Positions 17,160 to 25,966 of a stretch of 64,000 nt of DNA are shown one piece after another. The translations under genes and the position numbers were made by a program. The DNA comes from an uncultured Candidatus Saccharibacteria bacterium (lineage in GTDB: Bacteria; Patescibacteriota; Minisyncoccia; 2-02-FULL-40-12). The stretch is taken from assembly GCA_964368135.1 (NCBI GenBank), contig CAYIZI010000001.1, positions 42,926 through 106,925 on the forward strand, written 5' to 3'. Numbering within the stretch: position 1 is the stretch's first letter; the number at the start of each line of letters is the position of its first letter. The notes beneath the pieces are model-generated. The model was given only the letters and a program-made list of their open reading frames with translations, was not told where the DNA came from and made no database searches.

Positions 17160-19856
17160 TTAGTGCCTCATTTGCTCCTTAATCCTCACCTTGAAATTTT
17201 TATCGTAATCAATCTCAATGGCGCTGCCCCGCTCCGGTTCTTCTTTTAAAAGCAATTCCGAAATTCTATTCTCAATCTGCCGCTGAATCACCCGGCGAAG
17301 TTCCCTGGCCCCAAAATGCGGGTCATAACCCTCTTCAGCTAATTTTTTAATCGCTTGAGACGAAATATTTAGATTATAGCCGAGCATCTTCAGTTTCTCG
17401 GTCAGCTTTTCCAGCTGAAGAACAACAATCTTTTGAATCTGTTCTTTCTCAAGCGATTTAAAGACAATCACTTCGTCAAAACGATTCAAAAACTCAGGCC
17501 GGAAATAGGTCCTTAAATTGTTTACCAAAAGCTCGCGCAAAGATTCATAGCCCATTCGGTCGCTGTCGGACTTATCAAATTCGCGGTGAATTATATCAGA
17601 ACCGACATTAGAAGTGGCGATAATAATGGTGTTTGAAAAATCAACCTTGCGGCCCTGGCCGTCAGTCAAACGGCCGTCTTCCAAAACCTGAAGCAGAATA
17701 TTAAAAACATCGGGGTGGGCTTTTTCAATTTCATCCAGTAAAATTATTGAATGCGGACGGCGGCGGACAATTTCTGTCAGCTGTCCCCCTTCTTCGTAGC
17801 CGACATATCCGGGCGGCGCGCCGATTAAACGGGAAACATTGTGCTTTTCCATATATTCAGACATATCCAGGCGGGCCATTGCATTTTCATCGCCAAAAAG
17901 CACATTAGCCAAAGTCCGAACCATTTCGGTTTTGCCGACACCGGTCGGCCCAAGAAACAAAAACGAAGCAATCGGCCGGTGAACATCGCCCAATCCGGCC
18001 CGGCCCCGCCTGATTGCTTCAGCCACAGCCTTAACCGCCTCTTCCTGGTCAATTAACCGTTCGTGAATCCTATTTTCCAGATTCAGCAGCTTCTCCTTTT
18101 CGGCCTGGGTCAATTGAGTCACCGGAACTCCGGTCAGCTTAGAGACCACTTCCGCCACATTTTCAAAGGTAACTTCTGGGATAATCTTCGCTTTTTTATT
18201 TTCCCAGGTGTCAAGCTTCTCGGCTCTTTCTTTTTCCAATTCAACAAGTTCCTTTTCAATCAGCGACACTTTTTTGCTTTTAGAATGCTTGGCCGCATCA
18301 AGCTCTTTTTTCAGGCCGCGAATTTTTTCTTCAATTCTTTTCAGCTCATCCGGCTCGGTAGTGAACTTAATCCTGACTCGCGAGGCGGCCTGGTCAATTA
18401 AATCAATAGCTTTGTCCGGCAAGAAGCGGCCGGTGATGTAGCGATGCGAAAGTTCGGCCGCGCCGACAATGGCTTCATCAGAAATCTTAACCCGGTGATG
18501 CGACTCATAGCGGTCGCGTAAACCATGCAATATCTCCACGGTTTCGCCAACTGTCGGCTCACTGACATAAATCGGTTGGAAGCGACGCTCCAGAGCCGCA
18601 TCTTTCTCAATGTGCTTTTGGTACTCTTTCAAAGTGGTGGCGCCGACAATATGAAGCTCGCCCCGAGCCAAAGCCGGCTTAAACATATTAGCCGCGTCCA
18701 TTGCCCCGCCTTCAGCCCGGCCAGCACCGACAAGTAAATGCAATTCATCAATAAAAACAATCAACTTGTTGGAATTGGCAACTATTTCTTCCAAAACTGA
18801 CTTTAGCCGCTCTTCAAACTGGCCGCGAAACTGGGTGCCGGCTAAGATGCCGGACAAATCTAATTCAACCACTCTTTTACCTTGCAAGGGCTCGGGCACA
18901 TTTCCAGAAACGATTCTTTGGGCGAGCCCTTCAATAATGGCTGTTTTACCGACTCCGGGCTCGCCGATTAAAACCGGGTTGTTCTTGGTTCGGCGGGCCA
19001 AAACTTCAATTGCCGTTTCAATCTCTTTGTGCCGGCCAATAACCGGGTCTAACTTCCCTATTCTGGCAAGTTGGGTAAGGTCGCGGGAAAACTGATCCAA
19101 AGCAGGGGTCTGCATCATCGGAATAAAACCTTCTTTGGCTCCCCGGCCCACCGCCTTAACCACCGCGTTCCTTAGTTTCTCGTAATCAAGCTTTTGTTTC
19201 TTTAAAACACGAGCACCCAAACCCTCACCCTCCTGCATCAAAGCCAAAAGCAGATGTTCTGGACCGACATAGTTGTGGTGTAAATTTTGGGCTTCAGGCA
19301 AAGCAATATCCAGAATTCTTTTCATTCGCGGTGAAAACTCTAACTCGTCTTCAGCAGTCCCGCCCTTTTGAATACTTTTTTCAAGATTAGACCTGACTTC
19401 TGTTTCCGAAATTCTTAAATTATTCAAAATCTTTTTGATGACCTGGTCATTTATCAAAGCCAAAAGCAGGTGCTCGGTGTCAACTTCCGAACTGCCGAAA
19501 GCTTGAGCCTGACCGCCGGCCTCTCCTAAAATGTGCTTGGCTGATTCGGAAAGGTAATCCTGGACGTCAACTCTTTCCTGAACTCTTGGCTCGGCCTGAA
19601 ATATGTCGCCGAAAAAATCGCCGAAAATATCGTCGCCAAAAATACTGCCAAACCCAAACGGATCGCGCGGATCGCGGCCGCGACCGCTTGGTTTTTTAGG
19701 GCTATCTCCTTGCCCTGAACCTGCTGAACCGCCAAAACTAAAACTCACTCCTTTGGCAGAGCACTGGTCACAAACATTGGTCACCGACTGGACCCCATTA
19801 ACTATCTTAACCACTCGCCGTGTAGCAGAATTTTTCTTGCAAATATCACAGAGCAT
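17160..19856 (-). CDS. clpC: Clp ATPase of the ClpC/ClpE type (N-terminal zinc ribbon, Gly/Phe-rich linker, Clp-N, two AAA+ modules)
   Basis: C-x2-C...C-x2-C N-terminus, Walker A GEPGVGKTAI (D1) and GPTGVGKTEM (D2), coiled-coil M domain, tripeptide MGY at the ClpP-docking (LGF/IGF) loop position. Confidence 0.8.
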   Translation of the reverse strand: MLCDICKKNSATRRVVKIVNGVQSVTNVCDQCSAKGVSFSFGGSAGSGQGDSPKKPSGRGRDPRDPFGFGSIFGDDIFGDFFGDIFQAEPRVQERVDVQDYLSESAKHILGEAGGQAQAFGSSEVDTEHLLLALINDQVIKKILNNLRISETEVRSNLEKSIQKGGTAEDELEFSPRMKRILDIALPEAQNLHHNYVGPEHLLLALMQEGEGLGARVLKKQKLDYEKLRNAVVKAVGRGAKEGFIPMMQTPALDQFSRDLTQLARIGKLDPVIGRHKEIETAIEVLARRTKNNPVLIGEPGVGKTAIIEGLAQRIVSGNVPEPLQGKRVVELDLSGILAGTQFRGQFEERLKSVLEEIVANSNKLIVFIDELHLLVGAGRAEGGAMDAANMFKPALARGELHIVGATTLKEYQKHIEKDAALERRFQPIYVSEPTVGETVEILHGLRDRYESHHRVKISDEAIVGAAELSHRYITGRFLPDKAIDLIDQAASRVRIKFTTEPDELKRIEEKIRGLKKELDAAKHSKSKKVSLIEKELVELEKERAEKLDTWENKKAKIIPEVTFENVAEVVSKLTGVPVTQLTQAEKEKLLNLENRIHERLIDQEEAVKAVAEAIRRGRAGLGDVHRPIASFLFLGPTGVGKTEMVRTLANVLFGDENAMARLDMSEYMEKHNVSRLIGAPPGYVGYEEGGQLTEIVRRRPHSIILLDEIEKAHPDVFNILLQVLEDGRLTDGQGRKVDFSNTIIIATSNVGSDIIHREFDKSDSDRMGYESLRELLVNNLRTYFRPEFLNRFDEVIVFKSLEKEQIQKIVVLQLEKLTEKLKMLGYNLNISSQAIKKLAEEGYDPHFGARELRRVIQRQIENRISELLLKEEPERGSAIEIDYDKNFKVRIKEQMRH

Positions 19857-19918
19857 AAATATAAAAAACTAACCATTATATTTTATGATTTTTTAAAAAG
19901 AGAGTCAATAGAAGACCG

Positions 19919-20263
19919 CTACTTCATCGCAAATCCGCCGCCGATCAGTGCACCGACCATATTCATTTCAAGGGCAAAAACAGCCAAAGGCCAAACATCG
20001 TTAACGCCCATTGCCTTAACTACTCCCCATCCTAAAACTATTAATATTGCCCAAACCACACCAATCACAACTCCGCTCGAGAATGCTTTGCCCCAGCCCT
20101 GGCCTCCGTTTTGATAACCAACCCAAAGACCAAAAGCCAAAGCAATCAATGCCCAAGTGTCTACCGACATCATTGATTCCACTCCTTCAACATAGCTTAA
20201 AATAACCGCTACAACAGCAACTAAGACGGCTGCGGTAACAGGCACTCTCATCATTCCTCCCAT
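19919..20263 (-). CDS. Hypothetical small integral membrane protein
   Basis: Four hydrophobic helices; ORF track starts at TTG 20275, first ATG is at 20263. Confidence 0.4.
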   Translation of the reverse strand: MGGMMRVPVTAAVLVAVVAVILSYVEGVESMMSVDTWALIALAFGLWVGYQNGGQGWGKAFSSGVVIGVVWAILIVLGWGVVKAMGVNDVWPLAVFALEMNMVGALIGGGFAMK

Positions 20264-20277
20264 ATTTAGTTCCAATT

Positions 20278-20294
20278 ACTTAAGCTGCTTAAGT
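20278..20294. promoter_or_regulatory. Perfect 17-bp palindrome acttaagc-t-gcttaagt just upstream of the membrane-protein gene
   Basis: Read directly from the sequence; candidate operator. Confidence 0.3.
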
Positions 20295-20410
20295 TTAAGT
20301 AACCAGATAAATTATTAAAGTTCCCGAAACACTTATTTTATAAGTGTACGGATAAACAGCTGCTCGACTCGCCTGCTTTTCGCAGACCTTATATCAGCCG
20401 ATTATATCGT

Positions 20411-20438
20411 GAATATATGGATTTGAATCCATATATTC
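20411..20438. promoter_or_regulatory. 28-bp palindrome with 13-bp perfect arms gaatatatggatt-tg-aatccatatattc
   Basis: Read directly; lies between the Cas4-like gene stop (20466) and the membrane-protein gene; candidate operator or AT-rich hairpin. Confidence 0.35.
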
Positions 20439-20465
20439 ATTTCGCTCGGTCGAAATAAATGACAA

Positions 20466-21143
20466 TCATTCATTTCTTCCTCGCTCGTGAATATCATCTA
20501 CCCAGCGGCAGTAATCGCATTTTTCATGCTTGTCCGGTATTGGACCAGCCAGTAAACTGATTGCCTTGTAAAATAACTCTTTGGCGTTTTCTTTTGATGT
20601 CTCTATCCTCTTTGGTATTATATCAAATTCTATCAAATTGTTGCTGTGGATTTTTAAGGGCGCGAAAAAGACCAGGTAGCCGATATCTTTGGTCGGATAG
20701 CCGTTTTCGTCCAAAAGCCAGGTGTAAATATTAAGCTGATTTTGATGAAAGATATGGGAATCATCCCTGATTTCACCTTTTGATTTGTAATCCAAGGGTA
20801 AAAAGCGGTTGTCTTCAGAAACAAGGCAATCGTCCAAAGCACTAACTAACTTTGTATCGGCTTTTTTGTCAATAAAACTTAAACCGGTCCGCCAATTCCG
20901 CCATTTTTTCAAAAGCTCCTGGTTATCCATCAACCGATCTTCAACCAAGTTCTCAAGCTGGGGCGGCAATTTACCTTTGGCTCGGAAACCGTCAAAATAA
21001 CTTTTAATCAAAAGATCCATCTTGGTGTAAAGCGGCATCGGGATGCCCTGGGGCCGCCTGACTCTTTCTTTTACTTGTAAATAAAAACAGCGCGGACACT
21101 CGTTGAACAAAGCTAAACTTGAAGCGGATAAAATAGTCATCAA
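20466..21143 (-). CDS. Cas4/DUF83-like PD-(D/E)XK nuclease with four-Cys Fe-S cluster, standalone
   Basis: N-terminal Cys (FNECPRCFYLQ) plus C-terminal C-x2-C (CDYCRW), LDYKSKG (D...K) and QNQLNIYTW (QhxxY) motifs; 225 aa; no CRISPR array in the window. Confidence 0.55.
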   Translation of the reverse strand: MMTILSASSLALFNECPRCFYLQVKERVRRPQGIPMPLYTKMDLLIKSYFDGFRAKGKLPPQLENLVEDRLMDNQELLKKWRNWRTGLSFIDKKADTKLVSALDDCLVSEDNRFLPLDYKSKGEIRDDSHIFHQNQLNIYTWLLDENGYPTKDIGYLVFFAPLKIHSNNLIEFDIIPKRIETSKENAKELFYKAISLLAGPIPDKHEKCDYCRWVDDIHERGRNE

Positions 21144-21914
21144 TTATTTTTTCCCGAATAAACTCAATAAAAATATGCCGACGCCAATTAAAATAATAAT
21201 CGGGCCAGGCGGCAAGCCATATGTTCTGGCGATCATTAAACCGGACGGTGCGGTCAATAAACCAAAAATAGTACTCAAAGAAGCATATCTTCCAATACTG
21301 CGGCTTAAATTTTTAGCGGCCGTGGCTGAAACTATTATTAAAGCACCCATTAGTAGTGTGCCGACAACCTTTACTCCCAAAGCCACCACGGCCGAGACCA
21401 AAACCAAAAACAATAAGTTAATTTTCCTCAACTTCACGCCATTGGCAATGGCCAAATCCTCGGAAATAGTTCCCAAAACCAGGCCTCTGTAAATTTTAGC
21501 CCCGATAGTAAACACGGCAGCTGAAAGTAAAATCGCCAGCGCGGTATCAAAAAAATCAATTTCGGAAATATCGCCGAAAAGCGCCTCACCAAGCTCTTCC
21601 AAATCAGGAATAAGCATTACGCCAATGGCCAGCGAAGCGACAAAGAAAATACCGATTAAGGCCTCGGTTGGAATTCTGGTCCTGCCTTCAAGCAGCCAAA
21701 TCAGCCACGAGGCGGCAAAGAGAAACACAAAAGCCAGCAAAAACGGATTAAGATTAAAAAGCAAGGCAAGGCCGATACCGGGCAAAGCGACATGGCTTAA
21801 AACATCGCCGGCCAAAGCCAGCCGCCTCAAAACCATTATTGAGCCAAGATATCCGGCGGCCGCGCCGACCACTCCGGCGGTGATTAGCGAAAAAAGTAAA
21901 TTTTGGTCAATCAT
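21144..21914 (-). CDS. ABC-3 family metal (Zn/Mn) transporter permease
   Basis: ZnuB/MntB-like polytopic protein; start trimmed to the ATG at 21914, overlapping the ATPase stop (ATGA). Confidence 0.75.
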   Translation of the reverse strand: MIDQNLLFSLITAGVVGAAAGYLGSIMVLRRLALAGDVLSHVALPGIGLALLFNLNPFLLAFVFLFAASWLIWLLEGRTRIPTEALIGIFFVASLAIGVMLIPDLEELGEALFGDISEIDFFDTALAILLSAAVFTIGAKIYRGLVLGTISEDLAIANGVKLRKINLLFLVLVSAVVALGVKVVGTLLMGALIIVSATAAKNLSRSIGRYASLSTIFGLLTAPSGLMIARTYGLPPGPIIILIGVGIFLLSLFGKK

Positions 21915-22669
21915 ATACGTTTGTGAGTATGCGGATAAATTCCAACTTCTGTTCCATAAAGTTTTTTTAACTCCTCCCTGCTTAACGCCTCCTGGGGAGG
22001 ACCAAAACAAACTTTTTCCTTGTTGATGCACAAAACGCTGGAGGCCTGTTCATAAACAACATGAATGTCATGGGAAATAAAAATTATAGTCAAATCATGC
22101 TCGTCTCTTAACTTACGAAGGAGATTGTAAATCGTTTCTTCACCGCCGATATCTACTCCGGTGGTTGGCTCATCAAAAAGCAAAACTTTTGGATTACCCA
22201 AAAGAGCAAAAGCAATTAAAACCTTCTGAAGCTCACCGCCAGACAGCACCCCAAGTGGCTGGTTTAAAATGTGATGGACTAAGTGGTGCTCATCATGGGT
22301 ACCTGCCCCGTAGCTCGCCGCAGGCGATGGTTCGGGGTGAAAACCGACCCATTTTAAAACCTCGGCTACTTTACTCTTGCCGGCTTTTTTATAGTTCAAA
22401 AACTCTTTGACACTCAAAGGCAGATCGCGTTCAACAATGAAACGCTGGGGCACGTAGCCGACTTTAATATTTTTATACCAAAGGAACTTTCCTGAATAAG
22501 GCACCAGGCCCAGCAAAGTCCGGAATAAAACCGTCTTCCCGGCGCCGTTTGGTCCGACCACGGCCATGATGTCGCCTTTCTTGACTTCAAAACTCAAATC
22601 GCTGATAACTTTATCGCCGTTAAACTGAACATTCAGGTTCTCCACTTTGAGGATTAAATCGTTGGGCAT
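21911..22669 (-). CDS. ABC transporter ATP-binding protein (ZnuC/MntA-like) with a His-rich insert
   Basis: Walker A GPNGAGKT, signature LSGGELQKV, Walker B LLFDEPTTGVD; insert GTHDEHHLVHH. Confidence 0.8.
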   Translation of the reverse strand: MPNDLILKVENLNVQFNGDKVISDLSFEVKKGDIMAVVGPNGAGKTVLFRTLLGLVPYSGKFLWYKNIKVGYVPQRFIVERDLPLSVKEFLNYKKAGKSKVAEVLKWVGFHPEPSPAASYGAGTHDEHHLVHHILNQPLGVLSGGELQKVLIAFALLGNPKVLLFDEPTTGVDIGGEETIYNLLRKLRDEHDLTIIFISHDIHVVYEQASSVLCINKEKVCFGPPQEALSREELKKLYGTEVGIYPHTHKRI

Positions 22670-22691
22670 CGGTTTTAATGATAACAGATTG

Positions 22692-22751
22692 CTCGGGTAT
22701 AGCCAATTTCTTTTCTGACTTTTTTAGACAAATAATCCTCAGAGAGTATCC
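22692..22751 (+). repeat. Partial second copy of the bipartite conserved motif found in the 16937-17135 element
   Basis: ctcgggtatagccaatttc (22692-22710) and agacaaataatcctcag (22726-22742) match the reverse complement of 17116-17134 and 17083-17099 with the same ~15-16-nt spacer. Confidence 0.55.
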
Positions 22752-22831
22752 GGTTTTCGTTTTTTAAAAATTTTATTGACAAATACCTTAAATTATTTTA
22801 CTCTTTCCAAAGCTCAAAAGGAGGTGTAGTA

Positions 22832-23437
22832 ATGGAACCAAAGGAAGAAATAGCCAAAAAGTTGCTGGAAAGACGGATTTTAGTGATGACCGGCGAAATA
22901 ACCAAAGAGAAAGTTGATGAAGTGAGGAGTGGCCTGATATGGCTGAATGCCCTCTCCAATGACGAAATCAAACTGATCATTGACACAAAAGGAGGTGAAT
23001 GTGAGCCTGGGTTTTGGTTGGTAGATTTCGTCCAGATGCTTAGTGCTCCTGTTATAGGTATAGTGAACGGGGAATGTTACTCAATAGGCATCGCCATTCT
23101 CCAAGGATGCCGCAAGAGGCTGGCGACGCCCCATAGCTGGTTCCAAGTTCATTTCACCGGTGGCACCTTCAGGTACGCTCCCCGCGACGAGAAAAGAGAA
23201 AAGAAGTTTGAAATCAGATTGACACAGAGCCAAAAAGTCCAGGAACAGATGCTCCAACTTCTTTCCTCCAGAACCGGCAAAACTCCGAAGGAAATAATCG
23301 CTCTCTGTGAAAAAGGAGAGAAGTACGATTGGAGGTTTTCGGCCTCCGAAGCAAAGGAGCTGGGATTCGTTGACAAGGTAGTGGAAAAGTTCGAGTTATT
23401 TCCTGCTCCACCTTTGACAACACCGCCAACGCCTTAG
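22832..23437 (+). CDS. ClpP-family serine protease, divergent (no N-terminal axial-loop segment)
   Basis: Ser-His-Asp candidates in GECYSIGIA, WFQVHFTGG, LGFVDKV; ClpP core pattern LLERRILVMTGEI...; SD aaaggagg upstream. Confidence 0.6.
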   Translation: MEPKEEIAKKLLERRILVMTGEITKEKVDEVRSGLIWLNALSNDEIKLIIDTKGGECEPGFWLVDFVQMLSAPVIGIVNGECYSIGIAILQGCRKRLATPHSWFQVHFTGGTFRYAPRDEKREKKFEIRLTQSQKVQEQMLQLLSSRTGKTPKEIIALCEKGEKYDWRFSASEAKELGFVDKVVEKFELFPAPPLTTPPTP

Positions 23438-23459
23438 GGCCGCGGCGGTTTTTCGTTTT

Positions 23460-23717
23460 TTATTTATACAAATTCGGGTGAGTATCTAAAGCAATAAAGT
23501 ATGCAGTATTATCATCAACTAACTCATAAACCGCTCGATAATTTCCGGTAATATTAATACTGCGACAGCCTTTATACTTTCCAGTGAGTCCGTGATTATT
23601 CAAAATTGGATCAAACGGGTCTTTCGAAAATAAAACAAGTCGTTCATCGACTTTTTTCTGAATAGCTCGTAGTTTCTTAAACTTCTTCTTAAAATTTTGG
23701 TGAAAAAGAATTTTCAC
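23460..23717 (-). CDS. Type II toxin, RelE/YafQ-family mRNA interferase
   Basis: 85 aa; LTGKYKGCRSINITGNYRAVYELVDDNTAYFIALDTH is a typical YafQ/RelE C-terminal pattern. Confidence 0.7.
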   Translation of the reverse strand: MKILFHQNFKKKFKKLRAIQKKVDERLVLFSKDPFDPILNNHGLTGKYKGCRSINITGNYRAVYELVDDNTAYFIALDTHPNLYK

Positions 23718-24017
23718 TTACGAATGCAGGTAATCAAAGGCTTCTTCAATAGAATCAAAAACAGGAGAAATATTCTTCTTGGCTTTATAATCTTTTCTGG
23801 CCTGACCAATAAGCTTTTCTAATTCCGGAGTCATTTTAGGCATAACTGAAAAGTAAAGTCTTCGGCTTCTAATAAACTGTTTAAGGTTTGCATTTATAAT
23901 TGTACTTAAATTAAGACCTAATTCTTTGGCTAATTTTTGAGCATTCTCTTTAACTTCCTTATCTGCTTTTATATTGATCATCGTCTTCATCCCGTTAGAA
24001 ATTTTACAGACCGTCAA
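23718..24017 (-). CDS. Type II antitoxin, DinJ/RelB family
   Basis: MINIKADKEVKENAQKLAKELGLNLSTIINANLKQ RHH-type antitoxin; abuts the toxin gene; the true start may be an internal Met (MKTMINIK). Confidence 0.65.
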   Translation of the reverse strand: MTVCKISNGMKTMINIKADKEVKENAQKLAKELGLNLSTIINANLKQFIRSRRLYFSVMPKMTPELEKLIGQARKDYKAKKNISPVFDSIEEAFDYLHS

Positions 24018-24075
24018 CCACTCTAAGCTGGTAGCTAAACTTATAAAACTTCATATCACTTAATTTGTGTTTATT

Positions 24076-24100
24076 CCCGTTAGGGCTAACTTCTAACGGG
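24076..24100. promoter_or_regulatory. Hairpin cccgttag-N9-ctaacggg in the upstream region of the toxin-antitoxin pair (candidate autoregulatory operator) or topA 3' stem-loop
   Basis: 8-bp perfect inverted repeat; a further cccgttag copy at 23992-23999. Confidence 0.3.
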
Positions 24101-24136
24101 ATTCATATCTAAAGTATATACAACGGATATTTAATG

Positions 24137-25960
24137 TCAAGGGTTAATATTTTTTAATTCCAAGTTTTTCGTATTCTTGCATTTCGGGAAATTCGAGCAG
24201 GCCAGGAATTTGCCGAAGCGGCCCATCCGAATGACCATCTTGCCGCCGCATTTCTCGCAGATTTCATCGGTCTCCTCCACTTCCTTTCCGCCGACTTCTT
24301 TGTACTTCTTTTCAAGGTTAGCCGAAAACGGTCCGTAAAATTCTCTAATCAAACTAACCCACTTTTCTTTACCTTCAGCCACATCATCCAATTCGTTTTC
24401 CATATTGCTGGTAAATTTTATATCAACCACGTCCGGGAAGTGCTCAACAAGAAGGTCGTTGACCATTTTGCCAATTTCGGTCGGGTGAAAATAACGAGAA
24501 CGGTCTTTTTGAACATAGTTCCTTAGCTGAATGGTGGAAATTATCGGCGCGTAAGTTGAGGGTCGGCCGATTCCGTATTTTTCCAAAATTTTAACCAATG
24601 AGGCTTCGTTATAACGGGCCGGCGGTTTGGTAAAATGCTGTTCCGGCTTTAATTCCAAAAGTCTTAATTTTTCTTTTTCCTCAAGCGGCGGTAACTCGGT
24701 TTCTTCGTATTTAATCGGATAGACTTTTAAAAAGCCGTCAAATTTCAAAGTCTGGCCATTGGAGCTGAAAGTATAATTCTTGGCCAAAATTTCCACGCTC
24801 ATCGTGTCAAACACCGCCTCTTTCATCTGAGTGGCCATAAAGCGCCGCCAGATTAAATCATAGAGTTTGAACTGCTGGGGGGTTAAACCGCTTTTGATGC
24901 TTTCCGGTGTTCGCGAAGGCTCGGTCGGCCGGATAGCTTCGTGAGCTTCTTGGGCCAAACGAGACTTGGTTTTATATTTTCTCGGAAATCCGGCATAGTA
25001 TCTTTGGCCAAACAGATTTATAATCGCCTCTTTAGCCGCAAAAAGTGATTGTTCCGAAAGATTAGTGGAGTCGGTCCTCATATAGGTAATATAGCCGTTT
25101 TCGTAAAGCTGCTGAGCTATCATCATTGTCTGCTTTGAGGAGAATCTTAATTTTTTAAACCCTTCCTGCTGGAGGGTGCTGGTGGTAAATGCCGCCGCCG
25201 GAATTCTTTTCATCTCTTTTCGCTCAATTTTTGAAACGGCATAATCCGCGCCTTCCAAATCTTTCAAAATCTTATCGGCTTCGGCTTTGTTTTTTATCCC
25301 TAATTTTTCTATTGCTTCACCGTTCAATTTTGAAAGCAAAGCTGTAAGTTTGCCTTGTTTTGCTTTCAATAACGCCTCAATACTCCAATATTCCTGGGGT
25401 TTAAAATTCTCAATTTCTCTTTCCCGCTCAACCACCAGCCGCACCGCCACTGACTGAACCCGGCCGGCTGAAAGGCCGCGGGCAACTTTCTTCCATAAAA
25501 ACGGCGAGAGCTTATAACCAACCAAACGGTCAAGTACTCTGCGGGCCTGCTGGGCATCAACCAAATTCATATCAATATCGCGCGGATTTTTGAGAGCTTC
25601 TTCAATTGCCCGCTTGGTGACTTCGTGAAAAACAATTCTTTCAACTGCTTTTTTACCGCCCTTATCCAAACCTAAGGCCTTAACCAAATGCCAGGAAATT
25701 GCCTCCCCTTCTCGGTCTTCATCAGTGGCCATTATCACTTTTTCCGCCTTTGGCAGAAATTTCTTCAAAATAGTAATGGTTTTTCTGGCTTTTGGCGGAA
25801 TCACATACTTTGGCTGAAAATCATTTTCAACATCCACGCCCAAATCGGTCTTGGGCAAATCCCGCACATGGCCAAACGAAGACTGAACCGAATAATCCCG
25901 GCCTAAAAACTGACTTATTGTCCGCGCTTTGATCGGACTCTCAACCACAATCAACTTCAT
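24137..25960 (-). CDS. topA: DNA topoisomerase I (compact, single C-terminal zinc ribbon)
   Basis: TOPRIM N-terminus LIVVESPIKARTISQFLG...DEDREGEAISWHL, active-site GYITYMRTDS, C-terminal CEKCGGKM...CSNFPKC. Confidence 0.85.
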   Translation of the reverse strand: MKLIVVESPIKARTISQFLGRDYSVQSSFGHVRDLPKTDLGVDVENDFQPKYVIPPKARKTITILKKFLPKAEKVIMATDEDREGEAISWHLVKALGLDKGGKKAVERIVFHEVTKRAIEEALKNPRDIDMNLVDAQQARRVLDRLVGYKLSPFLWKKVARGLSAGRVQSVAVRLVVEREREIENFKPQEYWSIEALLKAKQGKLTALLSKLNGEAIEKLGIKNKAEADKILKDLEGADYAVSKIERKEMKRIPAAAFTTSTLQQEGFKKLRFSSKQTMMIAQQLYENGYITYMRTDSTNLSEQSLFAAKEAIINLFGQRYYAGFPRKYKTKSRLAQEAHEAIRPTEPSRTPESIKSGLTPQQFKLYDLIWRRFMATQMKEAVFDTMSVEILAKNYTFSSNGQTLKFDGFLKVYPIKYEETELPPLEEKEKLRLLELKPEQHFTKPPARYNEASLVKILEKYGIGRPSTYAPIISTIQLRNYVQKDRSRYFHPTEIGKMVNDLLVEHFPDVVDIKFTSNMENELDDVAEGKEKWVSLIREFYGPFSANLEKKYKEVGGKEVEETDEICEKCGGKMVIRMGRFGKFLACSNFPKCKNTKNLELKNINP

Positions 25961-25966
25961 AACTTA

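Noticed and set aside
16814-17160. Possible tRNA, tmRNA, RNase P or SRP RNA in the largest intergenic region
   Set aside because: There is no GTTCRANYC T-loop, no CCA-ended acceptor, and no RNase P or SRP conserved boxes. The structure is instead a long symmetric palindrome.
17825-18441. Several 70-112-aa ORFs on both strands inside the clpC-like gene
   Set aside because: They are embedded in a well-conserved 898-aa coding region. They have no independent signals and low-complexity translations.
16048-21913. Alternative genetic code (UGA recoded, as in some candidate phyla)
   Set aside because: TGA cleanly terminates conserved genes (DUF763 at 16048-16050, the ABC ATPase at 21911-21913, the kinase N-terminal ORF at 16586-16588). 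Full-length proteins are obtained with the standard code.
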